This document shows positions 63,558 through 64,000 of a DNA stretch of 64,000 nt, in pieces. The notes under the pieces are model-generated. The model worked only from the letters and a program-made list of their open reading frames with translations. It was not told the origin of the DNA and made no database searches. The DNA is from Albugo candida (lineage: Eukaryota): NCBI GenBank assembly GCA_040437565.1, contig JBDOQK010000004.1:248001-312000 (forward strand), written 5' to 3'. Each line of letters starts with the position of its first letter. Position 1 is the first letter of the stretch. The translations under genes and the position numbers were made by a program.

Positions 63558-64000
63558 TTACGCTGCTTGTGTAAACAAGGATAATCTGTGCTTTGATTTG
63601 CTTTCTAACTTTCTTAGTGTTGCTTGTGCTTGTAGCAAGTCCTTACTTACTTGATCATGCCACGCTTCAATGACTTCCAGTTTCTCCAAAGCGATGTGTT
63701 GCGTATTGAGCAGTATGCTCTCTGCGTACTTGAGTTTGCGCATGCCTTCGACGGCTAGGGCGGCATTGGGATTGACATAAACCAGTGTACGCCGAGCATA
63801 GTCGATGACAGCTTGAGGGAATTTAGGCGTCTTGAGATTTGCAAGCTCGGGTGCAAATTTTCGATATCGACGGTATGATTCGGGTTGTATTACGTGAGAT
63901 GCAGCATCCATAGCTCGACCAGCTTCGATTGCTAATGGATAACATCGTGTAACAAACTCATTCAACGTTCCAGTGTATTCCGGCGCGACTAAATCTGATA
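63558..64000 (-). CDS. C-terminal part of a hypothetical, mainly helical protein continuing beyond the window
   Basis: The frame is open from the window edge (SDLVAPEYTGTLNEFVTRCYP...) to a stop at 63558, about 146 codons, with protein-like composition. No recognised motif. Confidence 0.5.
   Translation of the reverse strand, partial: SDLVAPEYTGTLNEFVTRCYPLAIEAGRAMDAASHVIQPESYRRYRKFAPELANLKTPKFPQAVIDYARRTLVYVNPNAALAVEGMRKLKYAESILLNTQHIALEKLEVIEAWHDQVSKDLLQAQATLRKLESKSKHRLSLFTQAA

Overview
Eukaryotic, gene-poor and transposon-dense DNA. It is most likely oomycete (downy-mildew/Phytophthora-like); this is inferred from the TE families, Inr/FPR-like promoter motifs and RXLR-dEER-like ORFs. There are twelve 100-N scaffold gaps, and most are flanked by duplicated sequence that is an assembly artefact. 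From left to right: an intact tRNA-Leu(CAA) gene on the minus strand, followed 50-70 bp upstream by a head-to-tail array of at least three diverged, decayed L1/Tx1-type non-LTR retrotransposons. The first copy carries a tRNA-derived SINE with a perfect 17-bp target-site duplication (TSD). Next come a minus-strand Copia remnant, old dispersed repeats, and three members of a small family of secreted, effector-like (pseudo)genes that share a promoter and signal peptide; two of them lie in a ~2 kb inverted duplication. Then a full-length decayed Copia (TG..TA LTRs, 5-bp TSD), a hAT element nested in the terminal inverted repeat (TIR) of a MITE, a MULE, a chromodomain Gypsy with its 3' LTR, and the 3' end of an unknown CDS at the right edge. 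The most unusual signals are the tRNA-adjacent, possibly self-targeting LINE array with an AUG-less ORF2, and a conserved ~40-70 nt stem-loop module shared by the LINE 3' ends and several unrelated repeat contexts. No prokaryotic systems (CRISPR, operons) are present. Most element boundaries are by-eye estimates.
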